From the NCBI GenBank assembly GCA_964532145.1, contig CAZHGM010000001.1:30086-94085 (forward strand): a stretch of DNA of 64,000 bases, read 5' to 3'. Origin of the DNA: an uncultured Candidatus Saccharibacteria bacterium (GTDB taxonomy: Bacteria; Patescibacteriota; Saccharimonadia; Saccharimonadales; Saccharimonadaceae). A program made the translations under genes and the position numbers. Position 1 is the stretch's first letter, and each line of letters opens with the position of its first letter. Positions 1 to 8,894 of this stretch are shown here, one piece after another. The notes under the pieces were generated by a model that saw only the letters and a program-made list of their open reading frames with translations, had not been told where the DNA came from and ran no database searches.

Positions 1-94
1 AGCATGAGAGGGTAGGGCTATCACACCAGCTATTATTACGCCGCTTTGGTATCGACGCGTCACAGAGATTGTCATATCGCTGTCATTACTTATA

Positions 95-1714
95 TTGGCG
101 CTATGGAGCGTCGGTAACCTCAGTGGCGATGCGATGCTGGTAAGTAATTTTATCATCGCGCCGGTATCGGCAATACTGGCTGGGGTAACATTGGTTGCGG
201 CATGCGTGCTATATCTCGTTTCCCGTCGCTATACCGAGCTTGAGAAGTGGACGGGATTCATTTCGTACCTCTGTATATGTATATCTGCAAGTAGTATTAT
301 TATTACAACCGGACATACAAAATCACCGTTTATCGTCATCTGGCTTCTGCTGGCAATGTTTGCCGGTCTGTTCGGTGTTCTGGGATTTTTGCTTATCTCA
401 GTCGTGGAGGCAGTATATATCACCTATCTTTTCACTCAACAGCCCGTCGGTGAAGTGTCGATACCCGCGGTCGTGCTGGTATTTATCGTGCCACTCATCG
501 TGAGCCTCATCGTATGGCGCAAGCAAGTGCTTCACACTCAAGTCACAGATACCAAAGATTACACTGAGCTGGCACGTGAATTATCACAAGTTTCAAACAA
601 ATCCGATATTGTTATTAACGCCATCGCCGATGGGGTAATCGCTGTTGACGGTTCGGGCACGATCCAGCTCTTCAACCCTGCGGCTCAAACGATCATTGGA
701 TGGGGCAGCCAAGACGCCCTTGGATTAGACTACCGTTCGGTCATCAAGATTCTTGATAGTAAAGATCATTTGATTACTGACGCTACCGATCCTATTCAGC
801 ACGTACTTCGCAATAACAAAGCTATCACCCATAATGACCTGACTCTCCTAACCAATTCAGGTAAAAAAATGATGATATCGCTCGTCGTGTCCCCAGTGGG
901 GCAACAGGGAAGCGGTTGCATCATTGTGTTCCGTGATATCACTGATCAGGTGGCCGAAAATCGTCAAAAAGCAGAGTTTGTGAGTACGGCAAGTCATGAA
1001 ATGCGCACCCCGATCGCCGCGATCGAAGGCTATATCGGACTTGCGCTTAACCCATCAACCGCCACAATTGACGACAAAGCCCGTGCATATCTTACAAAGG
1101 CTCATGAGTCTGCCAATCATCTCGGCGAGTTGTTCCAGGACCTGCTTGATATCAGCAAGGCAGAGGACGGACGTCTCAAGACGAACCCACAACCGATCGA
1201 GGTGGGTGCGTTTCTCCGCGACATCATTGCCAGCCTCCTCCCGTCTGCCGCCGAAAAGCAAATTACCCTCGCCTACACTCCGGACACAGCTGGCGGCACA
1301 CAGATGGTGCAGCCGATGTATTTTGTGCATGCAGACCCCAACCATTACCGCGAAGTAATCTCGAATCTTATTACCAACGCCATAAAGTACACGCACGCTG
1401 GTGGTACGGTCACACTCGATATCGCGGGTGACGCCGATCACGTCACTCTAAGTGTGGTCGATAGCGGGATTGGCATACCGAGCGATGACATACCCCATCT
1501 CTTTCAGAAATTTTATCGGGTTGACAACTCTGATACCCGCGAAATCGGCGGCACCGGGCTTGGTCTTTATCTATCTCGTAAACTTGTCGAATCAATGAAT
1601 GGTCGTATCTGGGTGGAGAGTATCTACGGCAAAGGAAGCATGTTCTTCGTCGAGCTGCCTCGAGTTGCTACTCCCACCCCAGCCACTCAACCAAGTGTAA
1701 ACATTACCCAGTAG
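95..1714 (+). CDS. Membrane sensor histidine kinase (multi-TM N-terminus, PAS-like, HisKA, HATPase_c)
   Basis: 539-aa ORF with a hydrophobic N-terminal ~140 aa. PAS-like INAIADGVIAVDGSGTIQLFNPAAQTIIGW; H-box STASHEMRTPIAAIEGY; N-box NLITNAIKYT; G-boxes DSGIGIP and GGTGLGLYLS. The track start is TTG at 95; ATG at 134 is an alternative. Confidence 0.9.
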   Translation: MALWSVGNLSGDAMLVSNFIIAPVSAILAGVTLVAACVLYLVSRRYTELEKWTGFISYLCICISASSIIITTGHTKSPFIVIWLLLAMFAGLFGVLGFLLISVVEAVYITYLFTQQPVGEVSIPAVVLVFIVPLIVSLIVWRKQVLHTQVTDTKDYTELARELSQVSNKSDIVINAIADGVIAVDGSGTIQLFNPAAQTIIGWGSQDALGLDYRSVIKILDSKDHLITDATDPIQHVLRNNKAITHNDLTLLTNSGKKMMISLVVSPVGQQGSGCIIVFRDITDQVAENRQKAEFVSTASHEMRTPIAAIEGYIGLALNPSTATIDDKARAYLTKAHESANHLGELFQDLLDISKAEDGRLKTNPQPIEVGAFLRDIIASLLPSAAEKQITLAYTPDTAGGTQMVQPMYFVHADPNHYREVISNLITNAIKYTHAGGTVTLDIAGDADHVTLSVVDSGIGIPSDDIPHLFQKFYRVDNSDTREIGGTGLGLYLSRKLVESMNGRIWVESIYGKGSMFFVELPRVATPTPATQPSVNITQ

Positions 1715-1765
1715 ACATAACCACTATAGATTTTTTCATCACCGATCGGTATAGTAGGAGATACT

Positions 1766-2863
1766 ATGACAAAAATCATGCTTGTCGAGGATGACAAAAG
1801 CTTGCGCGAAATTTACGGCGTTCGCTTACTTGCAGAGGGGTACGATATCGTATCGGCAGGAGATGGCGAAGAAGCACTGGCTATGGCGATCAAAGAACGT
1901 CCACAACTCATCATTAGTGATGTTATGATGCCAAAGATTAGCGGGTTTGACCTGCTTGACATACTGCGTTCTACCACTGAAACAAGAAATATTCGCGTAA
2001 TCATGATGACTGCGCTGAGCTCCGAAAATCAGCGGCAACGTGGTGAACAGCTCGGGGCTGATCGCTATCTGGTCAAATCCCAAGTCGGCATCGAAGATGT
2101 CGTTCGTGTCGTTCACGAAGTATTAGGCGATCAGCAGGCTGCCGACCCCGGGACACCTCAAGCGCCAACTCCGGCCGCTGTATCGCCCGCAGCAGCCGCG
2201 CCACCGTCCGCACCGGCAGCACCTAGTCCGCAAGCCGGCTCAAATCCGCTCCCAATCCCTGGCAGTCTAGCACCTCAGCCAGCCGTACCGCTCACCCCTG
2301 CTGTCGCTCCACCTCAAGCCCAGGTACCACCGCCTAGCGCATCTGCTGAATCCATACCGCTACCGCAGTCAACGCCTGCTCTTCAGTCGCCACAATCTCA
2401 ACCTGTAGCTAAGACCACGTCCCGCCCCATCATGACATCTGGAGCTGCAGCTATGCCACCAGTCAATCCACTGCCACAGCCAGCCGGTAAACTGCCAGAG
2501 CCAATGAAACCACTACAGGCAAAGAGCCGTGTTATCCAGCCAATCAACGATCCCACTGCCCGCTCAGTCAATCTCGATGAGCTACTTGGCAAGGAGATGG
2601 CAAAAGAAGCTGGCATCAATCCAGCAAATGCTCCTGAAGTAAATTCGACCGCAGAGACACAAGCCGAGATTAATACCCAAATCCAACAGTTTGCCAGCAA
2701 CCCAGTCGCCAGTCCCACTCCGATCGAAAATATCCCTGTTGTTAGTATCGATAACTCCGGCATTGCAACAAGTTCGGCAGACATCACTGCAGCGCCCTCC
2801 TTGCCCACGCCTGCACCAGCGCCCACCGCACCTACCGCTCCACAAGCTGACACGCCGCAATAG
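1766..2863 (+). CDS. Response regulator: receiver domain fused to a ~245-aa Pro/Ala/Ser/Gln-rich low-complexity tail, no recognisable output domain
   Basis: Receiver motifs IMLVEDD, LIISDVMMPKISGFDLL and LVKS. After about aa 122 only PAxP-type low complexity follows. It lies immediately downstream of the kinase. Confidence 0.85.
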   Translation: MTKIMLVEDDKSLREIYGVRLLAEGYDIVSAGDGEEALAMAIKERPQLIISDVMMPKISGFDLLDILRSTTETRNIRVIMMTALSSENQRQRGEQLGADRYLVKSQVGIEDVVRVVHEVLGDQQAADPGTPQAPTPAAVSPAAAAPPSAPAAPSPQAGSNPLPIPGSLAPQPAVPLTPAVAPPQAQVPPPSASAESIPLPQSTPALQSPQSQPVAKTTSRPIMTSGAAAMPPVNPLPQPAGKLPEPMKPLQAKSRVIQPINDPTARSVNLDELLGKEMAKEAGINPANAPEVNSTAETQAEINTQIQQFASNPVASPTPIENIPVVSIDNSGIATSSADITAAPSLPTPAPAPTAPTAPQADTPQ

Positions 2864-2883
2864 TGCGCTATACTAGGGCGATA

Positions 2884-3627
2884 ATGCGTCTTAACAAATT
2901 CATCGCACATACCACTGGGCTAAGTCGTCGTGAAGCCGACTCTTTGATTGAATCTGGAAGAATACGTGTCAACAACGCCGCCGTGCAGCTCGGGGCACAG
3001 GTCAATCATAGCGATGTTGTGCTCTATGACGGCAAGGTACTTGCTCACGAGGCACACTACCAATATCAGCTGCTAAATAAGCCCCCGCAGTACGTCTGTT
3101 CGCGTAAAATACAGGGCGAGACCCCCACGATCTATTCGTTGTTGCCCGCCAACCTCCGTCATCTTAAGCCTGTCGGGCGCCTCGACAAAGATAGCTCCGG
3201 GCTGATCCTATTAACAGACGATGGGGATTTTGCTCATCGCATGACACATCCAAAATTCGCAAAGACGAAAATCTATGATGTCACCCTCGACCACACCCTT
3301 GAACCGCTACATATGCAGATAATTTCGGACTACGGTGTCGCACTGGATGATGGCGTATCGCAGTTCCAAGTCAGCCGCGTTGAGCCCGATAGAAGAGGGA
3401 AGAGCTATACAGCCATACCCAATAAACACAGCCCCTCAAACGCTTCGGTACGCTCACATAGCTCTCCTACGTACGAAGTACGAATGTCCGAAGGCCGCAA
3501 CCGCCAAATCCGCCGCACATTTGCCGCGTTAGGCTACACTGTTACACGTCTCCATCGTATTTCGTTTGGTCCATACCGCCTCACAGATGAAAAACCAGGC
3601 GAATTTCACCCGGTTTCCATATCATAA
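2884..3627 (+). CDS. RsuA/RluB-family pseudouridine synthase (S4 domain plus catalytic domain)
   Basis: S4-like MRLNKFIAHTTGLSRREADSLIESGRIRVNN; catalytic Asp motif VGRLDKDSSGLILLTDDG; SEGRNRQIRR. The track ORF starts at GTG 2863; ATG 2884 gives the canonical MRLNKF N-terminus. Confidence 0.9.
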   Translation: MRLNKFIAHTTGLSRREADSLIESGRIRVNNAAVQLGAQVNHSDVVLYDGKVLAHEAHYQYQLLNKPPQYVCSRKIQGETPTIYSLLPANLRHLKPVGRLDKDSSGLILLTDDGDFAHRMTHPKFAKTKIYDVTLDHTLEPLHMQIISDYGVALDDGVSQFQVSRVEPDRRGKSYTAIPNKHSPSNASVRSHSSPTYEVRMSEGRNRQIRRTFAALGYTVTRLHRISFGPYRLTDEKPGEFHPVSIS

Positions 3628-3655
3628 GTCCCCCACCTCTGTTATAATACCAGCA

Positions 3656-5110
3656 ATGAGTAAACTCCCGACTGTTGCAATCGTAGGCCAAGCGAATGTT
3701 GGTAAATCCAGCCTGTTTAACCGTCTGTATGGCTCCCAAGAGGCAGTAGTGGCGCGTGAGGCAGGGACAACGAGAGACAGTGTGATCCGGCGAATAACGT
3801 GGTCTCTCGAGACCGAACGATCGAATGACCGAACGACCAAAATGCTTAGAACGAGTCGTAAGACGAGCTTCAGAGGGAGGAGTGACGCTTCGGAATTTAC
3901 TTCCGGAGCAAGTGGAGGGGTGGGCCCTTCATCCAGTTTTTGGCTGGTCGATACGGCGGGGCTCAAAAAAGCCGAGGATGAATTCGAAGCTAGTATACAG
4001 GAACAAATCGAAGAAGCCGCGGATGCCGCGGATGTCATCCTGGTCGTCGTGGACGGCACAAAATATCCCGATCACCAGGACGGGTCAATCGCCAAACAAG
4101 CCCTGCGCAGTAAAAAACCTGTTCTGCTCGTCATCAACAAAACCGACCTAAAAGGCAATCTCGATACCGTCGAGTTCCGCCGCCTCGGCATCAGTACCAT
4201 CATCCGCACCAGCGCCGAGCACGCCACTGGCATCGATCAGCTTTCTAGTGCAATCATACAAACTCTGCCTTCTTCATCCTTTGTCGCTCATTCTGCCGAT
4301 GAAGAACATTCGCTGCGAATTGCGCTCATTGGCCGCCCTAATGTCGGCAAGAGCCAGCTGTTTAATCGCCTCGCTGGCAAGCAGCAAGCCATCGTCGCCA
4401 ATGTTGCAGGAACCACGCGTGACGTCAACCGCGTTGTCCTACGATATGAGGGAAGGGATATTACGCTGCTTGATACCGCTGGCATCCGACGCAGCGGCAA
4501 ACAAGAGGTCGGCATAGAGAAATTTTCAGTCCTGAGAACCTTTCAAGCTATCGAAGAAGCCGACATATGTTGCTTATTGATGGATGTTAATGAATACGCC
4601 ACTCAGCTGGACCAAAAACTCGCGGGCCAGATCAAAGAGGCAGGCAAGGGCCTTATCATTGTCGTCAGCAAATGGGACAGTATTGAAAAAGACCCTAAGC
4701 TTGCCGACGAAATCGCAGCCCGTATTTCGCATGAGTTTGCTTTCGTGCCATGGGCACCGCTCCTATTCACAAGCTCCATCACCGGACAGAATATTACCAA
4801 AATCTTTGAGCTTGCTGCCCAAATTGACGTTCGCCGTCAGCAACAGATTAAAACAAGCGACCTGAACCGCATTCTGATGGATTGCGTCCGTAAACACCCG
4901 CCCGCCGGGCTTAAGAACACCTTCCCGAGGCTTCGCTATATGGTCCAGACCGATACTGCACCACCATGGTTTGTCATCTTTGGTGGTAACCTTAAGTTGC
5001 TCCACTGGTCGTATAAACGGTATCTAGAGCGCCAGCTACGCGACAAATACGATTTCACCGGTACGCCGATCATGTTCAGCTTTCGCCAGGAGTCTAAGAA
5101 AGAATCGTAG
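3656..5110 (+). CDS. der: Ribosome-biogenesis GTPase Der (EngA), tandem G domains plus KH-like C-terminus
   Basis: G domain 1: GQANVGKSSLFN, DTAGL, INKTD. G domain 2: GRPNVGKSQLFN, DTAGI, VSKWD. ATG 3656 (MSKLPTVAIVG) fits better than the upstream TTG 3566. It carries an atypical ~45-aa insertion (see findings). Confidence 0.93.
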   Translation: MSKLPTVAIVGQANVGKSSLFNRLYGSQEAVVAREAGTTRDSVIRRITWSLETERSNDRTTKMLRTSRKTSFRGRSDASEFTSGASGGVGPSSSFWLVDTAGLKKAEDEFEASIQEQIEEAADAADVILVVVDGTKYPDHQDGSIAKQALRSKKPVLLVINKTDLKGNLDTVEFRRLGISTIIRTSAEHATGIDQLSSAIIQTLPSSSFVAHSADEEHSLRIALIGRPNVGKSQLFNRLAGKQQAIVANVAGTTRDVNRVVLRYEGRDITLLDTAGIRRSGKQEVGIEKFSVLRTFQAIEEADICCLLMDVNEYATQLDQKLAGQIKEAGKGLIIVVSKWDSIEKDPKLADEIAARISHEFAFVPWAPLLFTSSITGQNITKIFELAAQIDVRRQQQIKTSDLNRILMDCVRKHPPAGLKNTFPRLRYMVQTDTAPPWFVIFGGNLKLLHWSYKRYLERQLRDKYDFTGTPIMFSFRQESKKES

Positions 5111-5113
5111 TAC

Positions 5114-6148
5114 ATGCGTTCACTCGACACATACACGATCTCTCTCAAGATGCGTGCCTACAGTCAAAAGCACAGCTCTAGAGCCGATAGGCTGCCAAGC
5201 CCAATGACATTGCTTGAGTATTTATTTACAAACTCTGGTAACATGGGCGTAATTGCCATCACTACCGTCATACTCGTCGTGATAACCGTCGGTATGATTG
5301 ACTCTTTTGGACCGTTGCACTACGCAACGCTCGTCTGGTATGCAAGTGTAGTTACGATCCTAGCAGTCGCAGCTTGGCTACTGTGGTGGCTCGGCGCTTA
5401 CCGTCGCACACAGCATACGGTACGCCAGCTCGCCGCCGATAATGGCTGGCACGCTCACACTGATATACGTCCATCGCGCCGACATCCGGAAATGTTTGCT
5501 CGCTTTACAGCGAGCGTGTTTTCAATCGGCCATACGCGCGTCATTCCGGTACTGTTATCCCAACACGTGTTACCTGGTATTGAGATTGGCGAATACCGCT
5601 ACCAAGTTGGGCTCAACTGGGGATATACGCGCGAAGTGGGGTTCATCCGTATCCCCCTAGAGCGCCGTATCCCACACTTGATGCTGGTTGCCGAGTCTGG
5701 TCCATTGGTTGAGCGCCGGTTCAGACAAGACCAGCGCCAAGAACTTGAGGGTAACTTTAGGGATTATTTTACCCTCTATTGTCCTCGACGCTATGAAAGT
5801 GATGCACGATTTATCCTCACGCCTGATTTTATGCAGACACTAATGCATGTTGCTACCGGTGCTCATGTGGAAATTATTAATCACGATATGTACATCTATG
5901 GTGAGCACATTGGTCTAGCTACGAAGGATAAGCTCCGGCGCGCCCTGGCACTTATAAATGGTGTCCAGAACCAAGCGTTAAGACGCACCGAACGATACTA
6001 CGATGATCGCATCGCTTCTCTCCGTGCTGATGACGAAATTACGGAACAGGGGAAACGTCTATCATTTATGCGCACCGATATCATTATCGGCATCATACTC
6101 TTCTTGCTGTACATCGCCTTCAGACTAGCAGGACACCTCTTCTCATAG
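5114..6148 (+). CDS. Hypothetical membrane protein (two N-terminal and one C-terminal TM helices)
   Basis: 344-aa ORF whose ATG follows 3 nt after the der stop. Hydrophobic helices VIAITTVILVVITVGMI, LVWYASVVTILAVAAWLLWWL and a C-terminal IIIGIILFLLYIAF. No family recognised with certainty. Confidence 0.6.
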   Translation: MRSLDTYTISLKMRAYSQKHSSRADRLPSPMTLLEYLFTNSGNMGVIAITTVILVVITVGMIDSFGPLHYATLVWYASVVTILAVAAWLLWWLGAYRRTQHTVRQLAADNGWHAHTDIRPSRRHPEMFARFTASVFSIGHTRVIPVLLSQHVLPGIEIGEYRYQVGLNWGYTREVGFIRIPLERRIPHLMLVAESGPLVERRFRQDQRQELEGNFRDYFTLYCPRRYESDARFILTPDFMQTLMHVATGAHVEIINHDMYIYGEHIGLATKDKLRRALALINGVQNQALRRTERYYDDRIASLRADDEITEQGKRLSFMRTDIIIGIILFLLYIAFRLAGHLFS

Positions 6149-6159
6149 ACACCTCATAT

Positions 6160-6188
6160 TTGTAAAATTACTTTTATTATGATATAAT
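6160..6188 (+). promoter_or_regulatory. Sigma-70-type promoter TTGTAA-17-TATAAT, 8 nt upstream of ATG 6197
   Basis: -35 at 6160-6165; -10 at 6183-6188. Confidence 0.55.
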
Positions 6189-6196
6189 TAATTTTA

Positions 6197-6892
6197 ATGA
6201 AATACTATGCCGACACGTTGCACCCGGTCTGTGTGGATACCTACACGCTCCCTAGAATGAAACGAATAATTGACTTCCGGGACGGCAGGACGCTTGCACA
6301 GCGCTGCATTCGATTTCTGAGAGCCGAGCCTCCCCCTGCACCTCCACAAGACCCTGCCAGCCAGCTGCTTCGCCTTACATATCATCATACCTCAGAGGTA
6401 GATGCTGCGCGAAATAAATCAACACACCATCCTCCCCAGGTAGCTCTGGCTGGCAGCCGCGTAGCAGGGTCGACAACCGGACGATTTGAACGACAGAGAA
6501 TGCTAGACCCCGTCCTTACGCTTGTTACTACTCACGGGTTCGAACCGACTGGAGGACACACCATTACGGTAAACGGCGTGCTTGCCCCAGGCTGTGATGG
6601 TGATGGCAGTGGCACATTTGGGAGCGAAATCCTAAAGAACGAGGCAAATCAATCATTCCTGCACCGGTTGGGAGTATGCGCCCTTGCAAGCGCAGTGATG
6701 CACAGCATGCCCTCGGAGACGCGTGCTAATGCCACTCTCGTCATGCCTGAACGTACCGCTATGGAACCTGGCGTATTCTACCCGTTACTCGACTCAGCAA
6801 CGAATGTACGACTTGTCGGCGATGGACACGAGCTCGCTGTTCCACTTTGGAGCATGACAGGCCAGCGATTTTGGCCAAGTCCTCGACGCTAA
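6197..6892 (+). CDS. Hypothetical protein (orphan, no recognisable domain)
   Basis: 231-aa ORF with no competing ORF on either strand. A consensus-like promoter (TTGTAA-17-TATAAT) is placed 8 nt upstream of the ATG. The N-terminal third has odd Arg/Pro/His-rich composition. Confidence 0.5.
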   Translation: MKYYADTLHPVCVDTYTLPRMKRIIDFRDGRTLAQRCIRFLRAEPPPAPPQDPASQLLRLTYHHTSEVDAARNKSTHHPPQVALAGSRVAGSTTGRFERQRMLDPVLTLVTTHGFEPTGGHTITVNGVLAPGCDGDGSGTFGSEILKNEANQSFLHRLGVCALASAVMHSMPSETRANATLVMPERTAMEPGVFYPLLDSATNVRLVGDGHELAVPLWSMTGQRFWPSPRR

Positions 6893-6919
6893 GGTATCAT
6901 CCACGATACACTACATACT

Positions 6920-7486
6920 ATGAAACTTATCATCGGTCTTGGTAACCCAGGGCAATCCTATGCCTCTACCCGGCACAATGTCGGGTTTATGATAGTTGAA
7001 GCGTTTGCCAAGAAGTACCGGGCTGAATTTTCCCCTAAGCCTAAATATAAAGCCGAAATAGCCGAATGCACTATCGACAACGAAAAAGTACTCATCCTAA
7101 AGCCTCAGACCTACTACAACCTGTCTGGAGAGGCCGTCCAGTTAGCGGCTCATTTTTATAAATTGACGGTGAATGACATCCTTATTATTCACGATGAACT
7201 CGTTTTGCCACTCGGCACACTGCGAACTCGAGTCGGCGGCAGCGGTGCAGGGAACAATGGCGTCAAGTCCATTGGAGCGCATATTGGGTATGGAACAAAT
7301 CGGTTACGTATCGGCACACGCGGAGAATACTACTCTCACGCACCCGATACCGAGTACGTGCTGGGTGAGTTTACCCGAGCTGAAGCGGCACAATTAGCAG
7401 AGCTGCAACCAACCATATTTCACCTGATAGACGGGTTTATCAGGGGCGAGTTTCGCCCGACTACGATTACTGACACGCAGAAGTAG
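6920..7486 (+). CDS. pth: Peptidyl-tRNA hydrolase
   Basis: MKLIIGLGNPGQSYASTRHNVGFMIVE N-terminus and typical 188-aa length. Confidence 0.93.
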   Translation: MKLIIGLGNPGQSYASTRHNVGFMIVEAFAKKYRAEFSPKPKYKAEIAECTIDNEKVLILKPQTYYNLSGEAVQLAAHFYKLTVNDILIIHDELVLPLGTLRTRVGGSGAGNNGVKSIGAHIGYGTNRLRIGTRGEYYSHAPDTEYVLGEFTRAEAAQLAELQPTIFHLIDGFIRGEFRPTTITDTQK

Positions 7487-7512
7487 TCATTCACCCACGA
7501 CTAGCATCGTCA

Positions 7513-7581
7513 TGCACCATTGGTGCAATAGCTCGTGCATTCGAGTCTCATAACTGCACCGGCGGTGCAGTATGCTATAAT
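7513..7581 (+). promoter_or_regulatory. Two 15-bp TGCA-N7-TGCA palindromes plus TATAAT upstream of the Fur-family gene
   Basis: TGCACCATTGGTGCA at 7513-7527; TGCACCGGCGGTGCA at 7555-7569; TATAAT at 7576-7581; ATG at 7591. Confidence 0.55.
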
Positions 7582-7590
7582 AAATCATCT

Positions 7591-8157
7591 ATGTACGAGT
7601 CGGATACCCGGCGTTTACTACAAGAGGTGGGACTCAAAGCAACATTTCCTCGACTGGCAATTATCACCGAATTGTCTCGTTCGCATATCTCCCCGAAAAG
7701 CGCCCCAGAGCTTACTGCAACATTGTCGCAATTTCCACGTTCAACAATCTACCGAAACCTCGTAACGCTCGAGCGAAAGGGGATTGTCAAAAGTAGTCTT
7801 ATTAAATGGATACGCCGCTATGAGCTCGGCGACGAGCTAATGCCGCATCACCATCACATCACCTGTCTCATATGTGGCAAGGTAAATGATTTTGATTCCT
7901 CCAAGCTAGAACAACAACTGGAGTCGGCCTCAAAAGACGCTGGATACATGCTACGGGCGCATAGCGTCGAGCTACGCGGAATCTGCAGCGATTGCAGCGA
8001 CGAGCCGCAACCAAGCACCGCTCGAGTGATACTCAGCTATGGCATCCAGTCCATGAAAAAACTCCGGCCAAAAGACCCTCTCATGGAAAAGTTGATCCAG
8101 GAGGACGAATACGAGCCATTCAACGATAAGTCGCCTATACCCCCAGCCAATAAATGA
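7591..8157 (+). CDS. Fur-family metalloregulator (Zur-like by context) with a ~45-aa C-terminal extension
   Basis: N-terminal winged helix; HHHHITCLICGKVNDF and GICSDCSDE give two CxxC pairs. It converges on and overlaps a ZIP transporter gene. Confidence 0.85.
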   Translation: MYESDTRRLLQEVGLKATFPRLAIITELSRSHISPKSAPELTATLSQFPRSTIYRNLVTLERKGIVKSSLIKWIRRYELGDELMPHHHHITCLICGKVNDFDSSKLEQQLESASKDAGYMLRAHSVELRGICSDCSDEPQPSTARVILSYGIQSMKKLRPKDPLMEKLIQEDEYEPFNDKSPIPPANK

Positions 8158-8887
8158 CTGCGCCCACGAGACCGATGCCCACTAGGAGTACAAGCGCTTG
8201 GAGTGTACCAATACGCTGTGGTTGCTCGTGAATATCAGGGATAATATCGCTAGCTGCAACATAGATGAACATGCCGCTCGCTAGCGCAAGCAACTCAGCT
8301 TCCGGCAGCACCGTCGACTTTCCCAGTACATACACAATGACCGCAGTGACAAGCGTTGCAACACCTGTAGCAATATTCATCAAAATAACTTTTTTGTCAT
8401 TCCAGCCACGAGACATTAGGATCCCGAATGTACCAAGTTCCTTCGGGATTTCATGCGCGCTCACTGCCAATGTTGTCACCACACCCAGGCGTGCATCAAC
8501 CAAAAATGCCGCCGCGATGGCCGCGCCATCAATCACGTTGTGTACCATATCACCAGTCATCACCAGTCTGTTCTGCTGTTCATTACGGGCTGTTTCGTGA
8601 TCATGGTGATGATGAAACCAGCTTGCCAAACGTTCCAGTAAAAAGAAGCTTAGAAATCCGCCCAGCGACCACAGCAACAGTGTACGAGGCTCACCCAGTT
8701 CGAACGCTTCAGGCAACAGATCAAAAAACGCTGCCGCCAGCAAGGCACCAGCCCCAAACGGCAAAGCCAGTAATATAGCTTTTTGGCGGCGGTTTTTCGT
8801 CAAGAAGAGAAATGAGCCTGCACCAAGCGAAATCAAGCTGCCAAGGACAACCGAGCCAATCAGTATGAGAAGAGTTGTTTCAAACAT
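8135..8887 (-). CDS. ZIP-family divalent metal (zinc) transporter, ZupT-like
   Basis: Polytopic membrane protein with a His-rich loop HHHHDHE and ZIP signature SAHEIPKELGTFGIL. The track ORF start (8989) lies inside a terminator hairpin. ATG 8887 (MFETT) sits 7 nt downstream of a TATAGT -10; ATG 8893 is an alternative. Confidence 0.88.
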   Translation of the reverse strand: MFETTLLILIGSVVLGSLISLGAGSFLFLTKNRRQKAILLALPFGAGALLAAAFFDLLPEAFELGEPRTLLLWSLGGFLSFFLLERLASWFHHHHDHETARNEQQNRLVMTGDMVHNVIDGAAIAAAFLVDARLGVVTTLAVSAHEIPKELGTFGILMSRGWNDKKVILMNIATGVATLVTAVIVYVLGKSTVLPEAELLALASGMFIYVAASDIIPDIHEQPQRIGTLQALVLLVGIGLVGAVIYWLGV

Positions 8888-8894
8888 AGGCATG

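Noticed and set aside
2398-2910. 170-aa antisense ORF opposite the response-regulator tail. Similar long antisense or alternative-frame ORFs occur at 3622..4059, 20597..21157, 29682..30236, 36466..36906, 37868..38338, 53357..53839, 59799..60281 and 60333..60764.
   Set aside because: Each lies entirely within a gene that has strong family motifs on the other strand or frame. Their products are low-complexity or Arg/Ser/Cys-rich, and no promoter or RBS was seen. They are best explained by codon and GC bias of the real gene.
6528-6560. GGGTTCGAACCG, a T-loop-like sequence followed by ...CACCA, hinting at a tRNA or tmRNA 3' end.
   Set aside because: The putative T stem has only 3 base pairs. No acceptor-stem partner, D arm or anticodon arm can be drawn. 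The sequence also lies in frame inside a 231-aa ORF.
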